A stretch of DNA of 64,000 nucleotides, taken from the NCBI GenBank assembly GCA_944358325.1, contig CALVQV010000001.1, forward strand, positions 472-64,471. Reading direction: 5' to 3'. The notes beneath the pieces were generated by a model. That model was not told where the DNA came from. It ran no database searches and saw nothing but the letters and a program-made list of their open reading frames with translations. Shown piece after piece: positions 1-11,768 of the stretch (positions are counted from its first letter, which is position 1; each line of letters starts with the position of its first letter). The DNA comes from an uncultured Bacilli bacterium. Lineage in GTDB: Bacteria; Bacillota_I; Bacilli_A; RF39; UBA660. The translations under genes and the position numbers were made by a program.

Positions 1-48
1 AAAACACCTTCCATACTTTATTTTGATAAACATTCAAAAACTAAAACT

Positions 49-264
49 TTGACATATACTATTGTTAGAGATAAATTTTGTTGTGAATATTGTTTTAAAG
101 GAGCAGTACAATATTTACTTGAAATTGAAGGCATAGAAAAAGTTGAAAGCAATTTTAATGAAGCTTATGATAAAAACGAAAAAATTATAATAAATATACA
201 ATATGATCCTAATCTTATAACTAGTGAAAAAATGAAACAAGTTGAATTAGAGTTAGATATATAA
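49..264 (+). CDS. small hypothetical protein, possibly metal-binding (HMA-like beta-alpha-beta-beta-alpha-beta pattern, CCEYC in place of CxxC)
   Basis: 71-aa ORF; N-terminal 'KFCCEYCFKGAVQYLLEIEGIEKVE' resembles the metal-binding loop and helix of heavy-metal-associated domains. Weak and unverified. Confidence 0.3.
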   Translation: MTYTIVRDKFCCEYCFKGAVQYLLEIEGIEKVESNFNEAYDKNEKIIINIQYDPNLITSEKMKQVELELDI

Positions 265-403
265 AAATTAATCATTTTGATTAATTTTTTATTTTGGTAA
301 ATTTTAATTTTATAACAATATCTCATCTGCTTACATTATTTTACTTGTTTATATTTGATGTTTAAGTAAAATATTTTGAATTGTAAATTTGACTAATAAC
401 TAA

Positions 404-444
404 TAAAAAAACTACTTTTAATTAATTAAAAGTAGTTTTATTAG
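404..444. terminator. bidirectional rho-independent terminator between convergent genes
   Basis: Perfect palindrome aaaactacttttaatt/aattaaaagtagtttt with A/T runs on both sides, between the 49..264 (+) and 446..2935 (-) ORFs. Confidence 0.5.
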
Positions 445-445
445 C

Positions 446-2935
446 TTATTTATTTAATATTGCATCTATAGGTTTTATGTTAGTTATTCTACTTATTGAT
501 AATATAGTTATTGCTAATGCTATTAATATTGTATATATAAACATTATTAATGGAATAAGCGGATGTGGTAATATACCATTTATTTCATAATATAAATTAC
601 CAAATAATGAATTATTTAAAACGTCACAAATGAAATACCAACTTGCTATAGAAAATAACCAAGATAAAAAAGCAATGATTAAAGATTCATAACCAAATAT
701 TTTAATTGTATCTTTTCTTGAAGTTCCTAAAGCTCTTAAAATACCAATTTCTTTTTTACAATATGATATTGATGTAGTAATGAAATTAGAAAATAATAAC
801 ATATTGAATAAAACAAATATTATACTTATAACTAATAAATAAATTTTTAAATATTTATAATTATTAATTATTTCAGACACTTTCATATTATGATTAATTT
901 CATATACATATTTAATACCATTGGTATCTTCAGTTATTTCACTAGTTGATGTTAAGTTATCAAAAGTATTTTTTAGATTATTAGTATCATTATCAAATAC
1001 TTGTATAGAATATATACTTTTTGTAATTGGCTCATATTCTTCAATATATTGATAGCTTATATAATTTATATCATCTAATGATACACCTACAATATTTAAA
1101 TCATTATTTTCTAAATTATATCCTAAAGTGTTTATACTTAGTTGTAATCCTAATATTTTATTATTTTCTCTTAAATAGTTGATAATATATTCTTTTATTA
1201 ATTCTTCATACACACCACTACTATTTTCTTTAAGATAATCATTTAATCCTTTGTTAAAATTAGAATCTACTGCTTTTAATGATTCAAGTGATAAAATTAC
1301 ATCATTTTTATCTAATTTTGAAATAGTATTGTAACCATCTTTAGTAATAATTTCTATATTATTTTTTATAGCTTTAGTGTTATCTAAACTTACAACATTA
1401 TAGCCAACTTTTTTGAAAAGTCTAGTATAGTCTTCTAATATTTCTTTATCTTTTTTTAATTTGACTTCTTGAGTAAAACCTTTAACATAAATGTAATTAG
1501 CTTTATTAAAATATTCTAGATTAGCATAATCTTTTAGTTTTTCATTTGTGAATTTTCCTGTTACTCTTTCTTCATCAAATAAACTATCTTCTTCATTATT
1601 CGTTATTCCAACAATAATTACACTATTATCACCTAATTTTATAGGATTTCTATCATTTATGATTTGATCATAATCTTTAGGATAATAAAATTCATTTTGA
1701 CTATCTTTAATACCACGCTTAATAATACTATCTGCTAAATATTTATGAATAACTATTTCATTACTTTCTTGAGGCATTTTACCTATTATATCTCCAACTA
1801 CCCGTTCATCTTCTATTTCTAAATATTCATAATAAAAATTTAATCCACTATAAAAATCAAGTTCATCAGCAATCGGTCCTAATTCAAATCCTAATGGTTT
1901 ATTATTATCAAATAAAATATAGGACTTGTTCAATTTAGTATTTGTTATATTTTTTATACTTTCATAATCTTTATTTTCAAGTATTAAACTTTGTTCACTA
2001 CCATAACCACTATATTCTACTTTTTTTATTTTATATGTATAATCATTATTTTGTTTCATAGTATCTACAATTAACAATTTAGGATCAAACATTGAACTAT
2101 TAACAGTCAATCCCATAAAAATTAAAGACATTGTTGTAAGTATTATAGTCATTAATAGTTTTAATGGTTTTTGTTTTAAACCTGTTAGAGACATTTTTAA
2201 AGCATATAAAAATGGTAATCTTGATTTTTTTAATTCTAATTTATTATTTCCTATTATTTCATTAGTGTTAGTATCATTAATAATTTTACCATCTTCTATT
2301 TGAACAATTCTATCTGCATATTTTTGTGCAGATTCAATATCATGTGATACAACTACCACTAATCTATCTTTACTTATTTCCTTTAAAATATTAAATATTT
2401 GTTCACTTGATGCTCTATCTAAATTACCTGTTGGTTCATCCGCTAAAATAACTTTAGGCTTTTTTATTAGTGCACGAGCAATAGCAACTCTTTGTTTTTG
2501 ACCACCTGATAATTCATTAATTTTACGTTTTTCTAAATGACCTATTCCTAATTTGTTTAATAATTCGTTGATTTCTTTGGTATTAGTTTTTTTATTTTGT
2601 AATTTTAAAGCAAGTTCAATATTTTCATATACATTATACTCTTCTAAAATATTAAAATCTTGAAATATAAAACCAATATATGTATTTCGATAAGCATCAT
2701 ATTTATTTTTCTTGAATTTTTTTATGTTTGTTCCATCTACAAGCATATCTCCTTCAGTAATATTATCTAAACCACCAATAATATTCAATAGTGTTGATTT
2801 ACCACTACCACTTTTACCTAAAATAAAAGTCATTCCTCTATCAGATAACTTTAAATTTATATTATCTAAAGCTTTGGTACTACTGCTTTTCTTTGATTTG
2901 TAAACTTTAATAACATTTTTAAGTTCTATCATCAA
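446..2935 (-). CDS. ABC transporter, fused ATP-binding/permease protein (MacB/FtsX-like)
   Basis: N-terminal Walker A GKSGSGKST, ABC signature LSGGQKQR, Walker B ILADEPTGNLD. One TM helix, a ~450-aa extracytoplasmic domain, then a C-terminal FtsX-like bundle of 3 TM helices. Confidence 0.85.
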   Translation of the reverse strand: MMIELKNVIKVYKSKKSSSTKALDNINLKLSDRGMTFILGKSGSGKSTLLNIIGGLDNITEGDMLVDGTNIKKFKKNKYDAYRNTYIGFIFQDFNILEEYNVYENIELALKLQNKKTNTKEINELLNKLGIGHLEKRKINELSGGQKQRVAIARALIKKPKVILADEPTGNLDRASSEQIFNILKEISKDRLVVVVSHDIESAQKYADRIVQIEDGKIINDTNTNEIIGNNKLELKKSRLPFLYALKMSLTGLKQKPLKLLMTIILTTMSLIFMGLTVNSSMFDPKLLIVDTMKQNNDYTYKIKKVEYSGYGSEQSLILENKDYESIKNITNTKLNKSYILFDNNKPLGFELGPIADELDFYSGLNFYYEYLEIEDERVVGDIIGKMPQESNEIVIHKYLADSIIKRGIKDSQNEFYYPKDYDQIINDRNPIKLGDNSVIIVGITNNEEDSLFDEERVTGKFTNEKLKDYANLEYFNKANYIYVKGFTQEVKLKKDKEILEDYTRLFKKVGYNVVSLDNTKAIKNNIEIITKDGYNTISKLDKNDVILSLESLKAVDSNFNKGLNDYLKENSSGVYEELIKEYIINYLRENNKILGLQLSINTLGYNLENNDLNIVGVSLDDINYISYQYIEEYEPITKSIYSIQVFDNDTNNLKNTFDNLTSTSEITEDTNGIKYVYEINHNMKVSEIINNYKYLKIYLLVISIIFVLFNMLLFSNFITTSISYCKKEIGILRALGTSRKDTIKIFGYESLIIAFLSWLFSIASWYFICDVLNNSLFGNLYYEINGILPHPLIPLIMFIYTILIALAITILSISRITNIKPIDAILNK

Positions 2936-3094
2936 TACACCCCTATTTTCCTATTTATATAGTACCACAAATTATTAAAAAAATCAATGTTGTTAGAATT
3001 TGAAATATTTATATGTATGATAATGTAAATGCTTTTTACAACGAATATAGACAATAAATATTTTACATGTTATATTATAATTGAGGTAGATGCT

Positions 3095-4156
3095 ATGAAT
3101 GAATTTACAAATCAATACACTAATTTTGATGTATGTTTTGATGAAGTTATAAAATACTTAAATGGTTTAAATATTAATGCTAAAAAAATAGATACAAATA
3201 TTTATTTTGGATATTCTTTTAACAACAAAGATTATATTGTAGATATTGTTTCTCCAAATAAAGAAAAAGGTTACAATATTCCCTACATTTTAGTGCTTCC
3301 AAAAGAGATGAAAGAAAATGCAATGATGGCTGTTGAAGTGAATAATTTAGAAGTTGAAAATTATGAAAAATTAATAATGGATGGTCTTAAAACTGCACAA
3401 GATTTAACTAAAATTTTACATGAGTATGATAATCCCATATTAGTACCAATACTACCAAGTGTTCCAGGTGGTAGACCTTATTTTCAACAATTATCAAGAG
3501 AATGTTTTGATGTTAAAAAAGATAATCCATATTATAGAATCGATTTACAAGTTTTAAATATTATAAAAGATGCACAAGAAAAATGTTCAAAAATTAATTC
3601 AATAAATGAAAAAATTTTTCTTAGAGGTTATTCTTCCTCTGGAGTATTCGCGCAACGTTTTTCACTTTGTCATTATAAGATTATAGATACATTGTGTATT
3701 GGTGGTGCAAGTGGTAGTATTCCTATGCCAACAGATATTTTAAAATATCCATTAGGCGTTTTTGATATAGAAGAGTTAACTGGTAACCCCTTTGAACTAG
3801 ATGAATTTATGAAAATGAAAATAAGATATTGTGTTGGTGCACAAGAGTGTATTAATAAAACAAATACTCGTCTTGATGAAGATGGTAATTATGCTCCTAT
3901 GCATGACATGAGTTATTTTGATCGTAGTGTTCCAATCGAAATTGGAATACAACAAAGACAAATTTTTGGAAGAAATTTATTTCAACGTTCTCAAAAACAA
4001 ATAGATTATATGAATCAAATGGGAATTGATATTAGTCAACAAATATTTGAAGGACGTACACATAATAATAGTTCTGGACATGGCGTTAATGAATTAGGTG
4101 ATGAATTTACAAGAAATGTTTATGAGGAAGCTATTACCAAAGAAAAAGCTTTATAG
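3095..4156 (+). CDS. hypothetical protein with GxSxG motif (possible alpha/beta-hydrolase-like)
   Basis: 'RGYSSSGVF' nucleophile-elbow-like motif. Start moved to the ATG at 3095, which is preceded by GAGGTAGA; the ORF track begins at 3029. Function uncertain. Confidence 0.4.
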   Translation: MNEFTNQYTNFDVCFDEVIKYLNGLNINAKKIDTNIYFGYSFNNKDYIVDIVSPNKEKGYNIPYILVLPKEMKENAMMAVEVNNLEVENYEKLIMDGLKTAQDLTKILHEYDNPILVPILPSVPGGRPYFQQLSRECFDVKKDNPYYRIDLQVLNIIKDAQEKCSKINSINEKIFLRGYSSSGVFAQRFSLCHYKIIDTLCIGGASGSIPMPTDILKYPLGVFDIEELTGNPFELDEFMKMKIRYCVGAQECINKTNTRLDEDGNYAPMHDMSYFDRSVPIEIGIQQRQIFGRNLFQRSQKQIDYMNQMGIDISQQIFEGRTHNNSSGHGVNELGDEFTRNVYEEAITKEKAL

Positions 4157-4251
4157 GTTATTTAAAATTTATAACAGATGTTATAAATTTTTTTATTTAA
4201 GGATAGATAATAAAAACTCTATGTGTTAGAATATAAATTGAGGATGATAGT

Positions 4252-5121
4252 ATGAAAGAAATGTTACGTATCCAAGATTTAACAAAATATTATGGTAAAG
4301 TACGTGGAATTGAAAATCTAAATTTAGTTTTAAATAAAGGAGAAATTTATGGTTTTATTGGACCGAATGGTGCTGGTAAGTCTACTACCATTCGCTCTAT
4401 TATGCATCTTGTTAATAAAAATTCCGGAAAAGTATTTGTTAATGGTAAAGAGTTTGGTAAAGATAATTTAGAAATTAAAAAAATAATTGGTTATTTACCT
4501 AGCGAAATAAGTTTATATGATGATATGACAGTTAAAGAAATACTAGATTATCATGAAAGTTTTTATGATAATATTCATGATAGAAGAAAAAATTTAGTTA
4601 ATCGATTACAATTAGATGAAAAGAAAAAGATTGAAGATTTATCACTTGGTAATTTAAAAAAATTAGGTATTGTTTTAGCTTTTATGCATAATCCAAAGTT
4701 AGTTATTTTAGATGAACCTACTAGTGGTTTAGATCCTATTATGCAAAATAATTTTTTTGATATTTTAAAAGAGGAAAAAGAAAAAGGAACAACTATTCTT
4801 TATTCAACGCATATTCTTAGCGAAGTATCTAAAATTTGTGATAAAGTTGGAATTGTTAAAGATGGTCATTTAATTCATGAAACAACAATTGAAGATTTGC
4901 AAAAAAATAATTTTAATTTTATAACCATTATTTCTAGTGATATTGATAAAATTAAAAAAGAGTTAGATTTACCAATTATTTTAGAAAATAAGGATATAAT
5001 TAAGTTTAAAAATGATTTAGAAATTAATTTAATATTAAATAAATTAGTTAATTATAAAATTGATAAATTATTAATTGAAGATCCTACTTTAGAAGATTTG
5101 TTTATGCATTATTACAATTAG
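4252..5121 (+). CDS. ABC transporter ATP-binding protein
   Basis: Walker A GPNGAGKST, degenerate signature LSLGNLKKL, Walker B VILDEPTSGLD, H-loop STHIL. Followed by a permease gene 10 nt downstream. Confidence 0.85.
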   Translation: MKEMLRIQDLTKYYGKVRGIENLNLVLNKGEIYGFIGPNGAGKSTTIRSIMHLVNKNSGKVFVNGKEFGKDNLEIKKIIGYLPSEISLYDDMTVKEILDYHESFYDNIHDRRKNLVNRLQLDEKKKIEDLSLGNLKKLGIVLAFMHNPKLVILDEPTSGLDPIMQNNFFDILKEEKEKGTTILYSTHILSEVSKICDKVGIVKDGHLIHETTIEDLQKNNFNFITIISSDIDKIKKELDLPIILENKDIIKFKNDLEINLILNKLVNYKIDKLLIEDPTLEDLFMHYYN

Positions 5122-5130
5122 GAGGATATT

Positions 5131-5922
5131 ATGTTTTTAAGAGAAATAAAAGTTAATTTTAAAAGTTTTTTGATTTGGTTAAGTGTTTTAATTGGTATTT
5201 TTTTAGTTGTTTTTCTTATTTATCCACATATGTTTAATAAGGAAAATATGGAAATGTTTGATGAGATGATGGCGATGTTTCCTGAAGAAGTATTAAAAGC
5301 TTTTAATATGGATATCGCTTCTATTGATACAGTGTTTGGGTGGATTAAAACAGAAGGTTTTATTTTTGTATTACTCATTATAGGATGTTATGCGAGTATT
5401 TTAGGTTCTAATATTTTACTTAAAGAAGAAAGTGATAAAACAATTGAATATTTAAATAGTTTACCCATTACTCGTTCTAAAATTGTTTTAAATAAATTTT
5501 TATGTGGTATTTGTTATGTAGTATTGATGGTTTTAGGTCTTAGTATTTTTAATTATTTTGGTTTAATTTTAAGTGATAATTTTGATCATAGAAGTTATTT
5601 ATTATTAAGTATTACTCCCCTATTTTCTTCTTTGGTATTTTTTAGTTTAAGTATGTTTTTGGCAACTTTTACTCATAAAACAAAGAAAATGTTAGGAATA
5701 AGTTTAGGTATTGTTTTTATAAGTTATATTTTACAAACAATTGCTTCATTAAGTAATAATGTTAGTTTTTTAAAATATTTTTCTATTTTTACTTTAGCTG
5801 ATACTCGTTATGTTATTACTAATAGTGCTTTAAATATGAATATTATTTTTATTAGTATTATTCTTACTATTTTGTTTTTAGGACTAACGCTTATACGTTA
5901 TAATAAAAAAGAATTAATATAG
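5131..5922 (+). CDS. ABC-2 type permease (partner of 4252..5121)
   Basis: 263 aa with about 6 predicted TM helices, translationally coupled to the preceding ATPase gene. Confidence 0.6.
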   Translation: MFLREIKVNFKSFLIWLSVLIGIFLVVFLIYPHMFNKENMEMFDEMMAMFPEEVLKAFNMDIASIDTVFGWIKTEGFIFVLLIIGCYASILGSNILLKEESDKTIEYLNSLPITRSKIVLNKFLCGICYVVLMVLGLSIFNYFGLILSDNFDHRSYLLLSITPLFSSLVFFSLSMFLATFTHKTKKMLGISLGIVFISYILQTIASLSNNVSFLKYFSIFTLADTRYVITNSALNMNIIFISIILTILFLGLTLIRYNKKELI

Positions 5923-5981
5923 ATTATGTAAACACATAATCTTTTTTTATACCTCCATATAATAAAGTGAAAGGAGGCATT

Positions 5982-6404
5982 ATGAATATTTTAGTTTTTG
6001 TATTATGTTCTTTTGTTACAACTATTATTTATTATTTAGGTGGATTAGATAATGCATTACAAATGTTATTAATGGTTATGATTCTAGATATTTTAACCGG
6101 TATAGCTAAAGCAATATATAATAAAGAGTTTAATGTAATGATTGGTGTTAAGGGAATTATTATTAAGTTTGGATATTTAATCATTGTGTCTGTTTCTTTC
6201 ATGTTAGATAAATTTATGGAAAGTAATGGTATGGTTAGAGGTGCGGTTATATATTTATTTGTATTTAATCAAGTGTTATCAATTTTACAAAATTGGACAG
6301 ATATGGGAATAAAGATTCCTACTATTCTAACTGATTTACTAAATAAATTTAAAAAAAATACAGGAGGTGATGATGATGAGCAAAATAACAGAAAAGATCT
6401 TTAA
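5982..6404 (+). CDS. holin (TcdE/UtxA, phage_holin_4_1-like family)
   Basis: ~140 aa with 3 TM helices. N-terminal 'YLGGLDNALQMLLMVMILDILTGIAKA' matches the conserved GG-D-L-L-M-DY/I-TG pattern of this holin family. Charged C-terminal tail. RBS AAAGGAGG 5 nt before the ATG at 5982. 3' end overlaps the next gene. Confidence 0.6.
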   Translation: MNILVFVLCSFVTTIIYYLGGLDNALQMLLMVMILDILTGIAKAIYNKEFNVMIGVKGIIIKFGYLIIVSVSFMLDKFMESNGMVRGAVIYLFVFNQVLSILQNWTDMGIKIPTILTDLLNKFKKNTGGDDDEQNNRKDL

Positions 6405-7155
6405 AGGGGAAAAACATTATATTACAAGTAATTTTGGTGATCGTAATACGATTGATATAAATGGTACTACTACCCCTGCTTTTCACAATGGTACTGATTA
6501 TGGAACTGATGGTAAGAAAATTGCCCAATATGCATTAGAATATGGAACTATTGTTGATACTGGTACTGATAAAGCTGGTGCTAAATACGTTGTTGTAAAT
6601 TATCCACGTTTAAATGTAAATATGGCACATTATCATTTGGATAGTATTAGAGTTAAAAAGAATCAAGTAGTTGATAATAATACTATTATTGGTTATACTG
6701 GTAAAACAGGGTTAGCTACAGGTGTGCACCTACATTTATCGATATATGATTTAAATAAGAAACAGTATGTTGATCCTGAAGTTTACGCTAAAACATATAA
6801 TGAAGATGTTAATAATTATAAAGTTGGAGACAAAGTTATTGTAAATGGTACATTATATAGTAATAGCTATGGTGGTAAAGCAGGAAAAACTTTAACTAAT
6901 TATGAAGGTACAATTACAATTATCAATATTAAAGGAACTAAACCATATCATATTGATAAATTAGGTTGGGTTTCTAAAGAAAGTATAAGCACAAATAATA
7001 AATTTACAACTTATACTGTTGTTAAAGGTGACACTTTAAATAGTATAGCTAAAAAGTTTAATACGACATGGCAACTTATTTATGAAGATAATAAAGATGT
7101 TATTGGTAATAATCCTAATTTAATTAAACCAGGACAAGTTTTAAAAATAAAATAA
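6373..7155 (+). CDS. M23 family peptidoglycan peptidase with C-terminal LysM domain (endolysin-like, no signal peptide)
   Basis: HNGTDY...HLHLSIY matches the M23 HxxxD and HxH zinc motifs. C-terminal 'YTVVKGDTLNSIAKKF...IKPGQVLKI' is LysM. No N-terminal signal peptide. RBS GGAGG before the ATG cluster. Confidence 0.75.
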   Translation: MMSKITEKIFKGEKHYITSNFGDRNTIDINGTTTPAFHNGTDYGTDGKKIAQYALEYGTIVDTGTDKAGAKYVVVNYPRLNVNMAHYHLDSIRVKKNQVVDNNTIIGYTGKTGLATGVHLHLSIYDLNKKQYVDPEVYAKTYNEDVNNYKVGDKVIVNGTLYSNSYGGKAGKTLTNYEGTITIINIKGTKPYHIDKLGWVSKESISTNNKFTTYTVVKGDTLNSIAKKFNTTWQLIYEDNKDVIGNNPNLIKPGQVLKIK

Positions 7156-7173
7156 AAGAGCTTAAAAGCTCTT

Positions 7174-9138
7174 TTATCTTGTACCACGATATTTAAAATA
7201 ATCTGTTTTTAATGTTAAATCAGAAACTGTAAACCAATTACTTACTTTCGTATTTATTTTATTTATATATTCTTCATCAACACCATCTTGTAAAGTTTCA
7301 TATTTTCCTGTACTAGAAAAATATAATGCTTTATCTGTTGCCCATGAACCATTGGTGAAAATAACAATTTTTTCATCTTCACTAAAAATATCTTTCCCAA
7401 CATAAAGTCTTGGATCATATTCTAAGTTAAACATATTAGCTAATGTTGGAAGAATGTCAAATGTTGATGCTGTTGTTGATATTGTTTTACCTTCTATTTC
7501 AGAATTATAAATAATAAATGGTAATCTATCTTCATTAAATCCTTCATAACGATTAAAACTTGATGCACTATTTAATTCTCCTAATCCCATTTTTAAAGGA
7601 TGATGATCACCAAATAAAACAATAACTGTGTCATCTAATTTATTTTGATTTTGTAATTCACTTAATAAATATTCTAAACCTTTATCTAATTCAGCAACTT
7701 TAGCAAGATATCTTTTTATTTTAGTACTATAATTTAAATCTTTAACTTTATTCCAATTTCTTGTTACAACAGTACTATCTACATCATATGGAAAATGAGT
7801 ACTTGAAGTTATAATAAAACTAAAAAATTTATCTTGATTAATAAAATGTGGCATTGAATTAGTCATTAAATCATAGTCACTTTGCCATCCTTGAATTATT
7901 TTAATTCCTAAAGCATCAACATCATAAAATTTATCTGAACCCATATTTTGATGTAAAACAGTTCTACTATAAAATTGATCATTCCAATTGTGATACGAAG
8001 AACTATAATAACCTTTTTTATTAAACAAATTAAATATTGTATCAGTATAAGTATTATTACGATAAGTATTAGGTGTACAAACTGTTGATGATGGAATAAT
8101 AGATGTTAGACCTATGTATTCACTTTCACCAGTTGTACAACTATATTTTGGTGTATAGTAATTATCAAAATAGAAACCTTCTGTTGCCATTTTATATAAT
8201 GTTGGCGCTACATCTTGATTAATAGCGATCGTATCAAATGCTTCTACCATAATTAAAATTAGGTTTTTATTTTCAAAAATTCCAGTATACTCATTTTTAG
8301 AAGTTATATTTTGTGACATATAAAATTCATCTAATTGTTTAATATTAGTATTAGTTTCGTTATTCATTAATTCTTGCCATTTTGTATCATCTATTTCTCT
8401 AATATAGTTAGGTTCTTCTGGTTTTTGTTCTACATTATTTTCTTCTTCATCAATAATAATTGAACTATTATTATTGTGTGGCATAACCATATAAATTAAG
8501 TCTCTCGTTAAAAATCTATTTGTTCCAAATTGTCTTAATGATAATTCAATTAAAGTTGGTTCATAATAAAGCTTTAAGTTTGATTTAATTTGATTAGAGT
8601 TTTGCATAAAAGGTATTACTAAAGTCGTGTATCCTAATAAATAAGAAAAGACAATGATAATTGCTAATAATGCTCTTTGTTTATAATCATATTTAATATA
8701 TGTTAATATGTCTTTTTTTCTTATGAAAATAATTAATATTATTATAAAAGGTATTAAGCATAAATAATATTCTAATTTTATATATTTAATAAATTCAATA
8801 ACATATTCTCCTACACGTCCTGCACCATCTCCTGCTGCATTAAATGACATATAGTTTCCCATAAAATTATTAAATCCCATTTCCGTAATAGCATATACTC
8901 CACTAAATAATACTAATATTAAAATAACAATTTTAACTACTTTTTCTTTAAAAAAAGAAAGAAGAAAACTTATTAATAAGCTACTACTCAAATTAAAAAT
9001 TAAAATTCTTAATGTTGACCATTCTAAAATATTTTTAAATGTTATTACTTTAAAAGTTAATTCAATAAAGAAATAACTTAAAAATAAGCATAAAAATATT
9101 TTAAGAAAATATTTAAATCTCTCTACCATACATATCAA
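7174..9138 (-). CDS. LTA synthase family protein (LtaS-like polytopic membrane sulfatase-fold enzyme)
   Basis: N-terminal ~5 TM helices, then an extracellular sulfatase-fold domain (MVEAFD..., HHPL). Typical LtaS/YflE architecture and size (654 aa). Confidence 0.7.
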   Translation of the reverse strand: MICMVERFKYFLKIFLCLFLSYFFIELTFKVITFKNILEWSTLRILIFNLSSSLLISFLLSFFKEKVVKIVILILVLFSGVYAITEMGFNNFMGNYMSFNAAGDGAGRVGEYVIEFIKYIKLEYYLCLIPFIIILIIFIRKKDILTYIKYDYKQRALLAIIIVFSYLLGYTTLVIPFMQNSNQIKSNLKLYYEPTLIELSLRQFGTNRFLTRDLIYMVMPHNNNSSIIIDEEENNVEQKPEEPNYIREIDDTKWQELMNNETNTNIKQLDEFYMSQNITSKNEYTGIFENKNLILIMVEAFDTIAINQDVAPTLYKMATEGFYFDNYYTPKYSCTTGESEYIGLTSIIPSSTVCTPNTYRNNTYTDTIFNLFNKKGYYSSSYHNWNDQFYSRTVLHQNMGSDKFYDVDALGIKIIQGWQSDYDLMTNSMPHFINQDKFFSFIITSSTHFPYDVDSTVVTRNWNKVKDLNYSTKIKRYLAKVAELDKGLEYLLSELQNQNKLDDTVIVLFGDHHPLKMGLGELNSASSFNRYEGFNEDRLPFIIYNSEIEGKTISTTASTFDILPTLANMFNLEYDPRLYVGKDIFSEDEKIVIFTNGSWATDKALYFSSTGKYETLQDGVDEEYINKINTKVSNWFTVSDLTLKTDYFKYRGTR

Positions 9139-9572
9139 TTTCCTTTTAACATTTTTCTTGCTTCACGCATTTCATCACGTTTTTTTATTGTCTCACGTTT
9201 ATCGTAATTCTTTTTACCTTTAGCAACACCTAATAATATTTTGGCCTTATTTTTAATAAAATATAATTTTAATGGTACTAAAGTATAACCTTCCATTTCG
9301 ATTTTATTTTGTAATTTTTTTATTTCTTTTTTATGAAGCAATAATTTTCTTGTTCTTTTTTCATCATGATTAAATTGATTACCTTCTTTATATGGACTAA
9401 TATGCATGTTTAATAAAAATATTTCATTATTTCTAATAATTGCATAACTATCTTTTAAGTTAGCACTACCTTCTCTAATTGACTTGATTTCTGTACCAAC
9501 TAAAACAATTCCTGCTTCAATAGTATCTTCAATATTATAATCATAATTAGCTTTTTTGTTTAGAATTTCCAT
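9135..9572 (-). CDS. smpB: SsrA-binding protein SmpB
   Basis: 145 aa. 'NKKANYDY...[13 protein letters not shown]' is the canonical SmpB N-terminus. Located immediately downstream of rnr, the conserved rnr-smpB order. Confidence 0.9.
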   Translation of the reverse strand: MEILNKKANYDYNIEDTIEAGIVLVGTEIKSIREGSANLKDSYAIIRNNEIFLLNMHISPYKEGNQFNHDEKRTRKLLLHKKEIKKLQNKIEMEGYTLVPLKLYFIKNKAKILLGVAKGKKNYDKRETIKKRDEMREARKMLKGN

Positions 9573-11715
9573 ATTCCACCTTCTTTATTTTTGGTTTATC
9601 ATTAGAATCAACTAAAGCAAAATCAATTGTGTGTTTTTCTTTAGATGCATCAATTAATTTTACTTTAACAGGCATTCCTAATTTATAAACTAAGTTTTTA
9701 TTAACATTAGTCAAAGTATATTTTTCTTGATTAAATATATATTTTTCTTTACCTTTTTCTAAATTTAAACGACCTTCAATTAAATTAGGAAGTTGAACAT
9801 ACATATTTTTAGGAAAAATATCACATATAACGCCATCATATTCTTCACCTATATGTTTTTCCATGTATTCAGCGATTTTCATTTTATCTACTTCGCGTTC
9901 TAAATCTTGGGCAATACGTTCACGATTTGATAAATGTGGCCCTAATTCGGATACTTCTGAAATAAGATTATTTATAACTTCTTCTTCATATTTATTATAG
10001 ATAACTAATTCTTTTAAGATACGATGATTTTCCAAATCAGGATATCTTCTGATTGGTGATGTTAAATGAGAATATGCTTTTGAGGCTAAAGCAAAGTGAC
10101 CTATATTATGATCACTATATTCAGCTTTTTTTACAGAACGTAAAATATGAGAAGCTAAAACTTTGTAATCTTCACGATCTTTTAAATCATTTAATAAACT
10201 TTGCATAATTTTAGGATATTTTACTAAATTTTTGCGAATCATCTTAGATGCGTCATATTCTAAACCAGCTAATATATTTACAATTTCTTCTATCTTTTCT
10301 TCTCTAGGTAAATCATGAATACGATATAAGAATGGTAAATCTAAATTAGTTGCATATTCTGCGGTTCCTTCATTTATGGCAATCATAAAATCTTCGATTA
10401 ATTTTTCACCTTCGCCACGTTCACGAGGACTAACACCTATTGTTTTACCACTTTCATCGATATCTAATTTTATTTCATCTATATCAAAGTCAACATTTCC
10501 TCTTTTAACGCGATTTTTACGTAAAAGATGGGCTAAATTATTCATTTCTTTTAATTTATCAACATATAGTTCATATCCTTCTGGTATAGTTTCTTCTTCT
10601 AAAATTTTATTAACATTTTTATATGTCATTTGTTTTTTAGAACGAATAACTGATTCTGCAATATCAAAATCAACAATATTACCTTCTTTATCAATTTCTA
10701 CGAAAAAAGAAAGAGCTAAACGATCAACATTTGGATTTAATGAACATATACCATTAGATAGTTCTGATGGTAACATCGGTATAACACGATCAGCTAAATA
10801 GTTACTTGTTCCTCTAGCACAAGCATCTAAATCAAGTGCAGTGTTTGGTTTTACATAATGACTTACATCAGCTATATGGCCACCTAATAGATAATTACCA
10901 TTTTCTTTTATATCTAGTGATATTGCATCATCAATATCTTTAGTATCATCACCATCAATTGTAAATATTAATTTATCTCTTAAATCTAAGCGATCTTTTA
11001 TATCTTTTTCATCTACTTGCATAGGAATTGTTTTTAGTTCTTCTAATGCTTCTTTAGAAAATTCAACAGGTACTTCATATGCTTTAATGACACTTAAAAT
11101 ATCTACTCCTGGTTCATTTTTATGTCCTATTACTTCTTCAATTTTTCCTGAAAAAACATCTTCTTTGACTTCACCTTCTAGTTTAAATGTAACTTTATGA
11201 CCTGGTACAAGATTACCTGGATTATAAAAACGAACTTTAATTTTATATTTTTTATTGTCTGGTATAATATATTCTTCACCATCTATAATGGCTACTTCAC
11301 CAACTAAATTAGTTGCATTACGTGCTAATCTTTTTTCAATGATACCTTCCATTTTACCATTTTTCTCACTTGTTCTAATTAAAACTGTATCATTATGAAT
11401 ACATCCTTTTAGTTTATTAGCTGGAATAAAAACTTCACAATCATCACTTATTTTGACGAATCCATATCCTTTTTCATTCATATGAAGTTGACCAACTTTT
11501 TTATTTTTTGTTTCCAATAATTCATAACATCCATCTTTAGTTAGCACTATTTTAAATTCTCTTTCTAATATAGCTAAAGATTGATTAATATCTTCATCAC
11601 TTAAGTTTTCATTTTTTAATAAATTGATTAATTGTGTTTTATTAATAACACCTTTTTTATTCAATATTTTAATTACTTTTCCACATGCATTATCCATAAT
11701 ATCCTCCACATACAT
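9547..11715 (-). CDS. rnr: ribonuclease R
   Basis: 722 aa. N-terminal HTH/winged helix, cold-shock OB, RNB catalytic core ([15 protein letters not shown]), C-terminal S1 domain. Confidence 0.9.
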   Translation of the reverse strand: MYVEDIMDNACGKVIKILNKKGVINKTQLINLLKNENLSDEDINQSLAILEREFKIVLTKDGCYELLETKNKKVGQLHMNEKGYGFVKISDDCEVFIPANKLKGCIHNDTVLIRTSEKNGKMEGIIEKRLARNATNLVGEVAIIDGEEYIIPDNKKYKIKVRFYNPGNLVPGHKVTFKLEGEVKEDVFSGKIEEVIGHKNEPGVDILSVIKAYEVPVEFSKEALEELKTIPMQVDEKDIKDRLDLRDKLIFTIDGDDTKDIDDAISLDIKENGNYLLGGHIADVSHYVKPNTALDLDACARGTSNYLADRVIPMLPSELSNGICSLNPNVDRLALSFFVEIDKEGNIVDFDIAESVIRSKKQMTYKNVNKILEEETIPEGYELYVDKLKEMNNLAHLLRKNRVKRGNVDFDIDEIKLDIDESGKTIGVSPRERGEGEKLIEDFMIAINEGTAEYATNLDLPFLYRIHDLPREEKIEEIVNILAGLEYDASKMIRKNLVKYPKIMQSLLNDLKDREDYKVLASHILRSVKKAEYSDHNIGHFALASKAYSHLTSPIRRYPDLENHRILKELVIYNKYEEEVINNLISEVSELGPHLSNRERIAQDLEREVDKMKIAEYMEKHIGEEYDGVICDIFPKNMYVQLPNLIEGRLNLEKGKEKYIFNQEKYTLTNVNKNLVYKLGMPVKVKLIDASKEKHTIDFALVDSNDKPKIKKVEYGNSKQKS

Positions 11716-11768
11716 ATTATAAAATAATTTATTTAGAATTACTAGATAAAGTTAAAAAAAAGAAGAAG

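Noticed and set aside
2712-2903. 63-aa ORF antisense inside the 829-aa ABC transporter gene. Similar antisense or overlapping small ORFs exist at 10376..10801, 12520..12750, 15511..15696, 15793..16077, 16270..16476, 16381..16575, 17091..17303, 17710..17958, 18165..18407, 19299..19523, 21065..21361, 26665..26995, 27139..27360, 31606..31815, 32435..32635, 32839..33045, 33138..33422, 33668..33883, 36173..36394, 37846..38031, 41758..41982, 42505..42714, 43151..43354, 44340..44534, 45559..45822, 48088..48273, 50308..50529, 51674..52320, 52456..53603, 57741..57974, 58204..58419, 61969..62169 and 63793..63993.
   Set aside because: All lie wholly inside, and antisense to or out of frame with, much longer well-supported genes. 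Low-complexity AT-rich translations are typical of spurious ORFs in AT-rich DNA.
5982-7155. Interpreting the holin plus M23/LysM pair as evidence of a prophage in the window.
   Set aside because: No capsid, tail, terminase, integrase or repressor genes nearby. The flanks are ABC transporter and LtaS-family genes.
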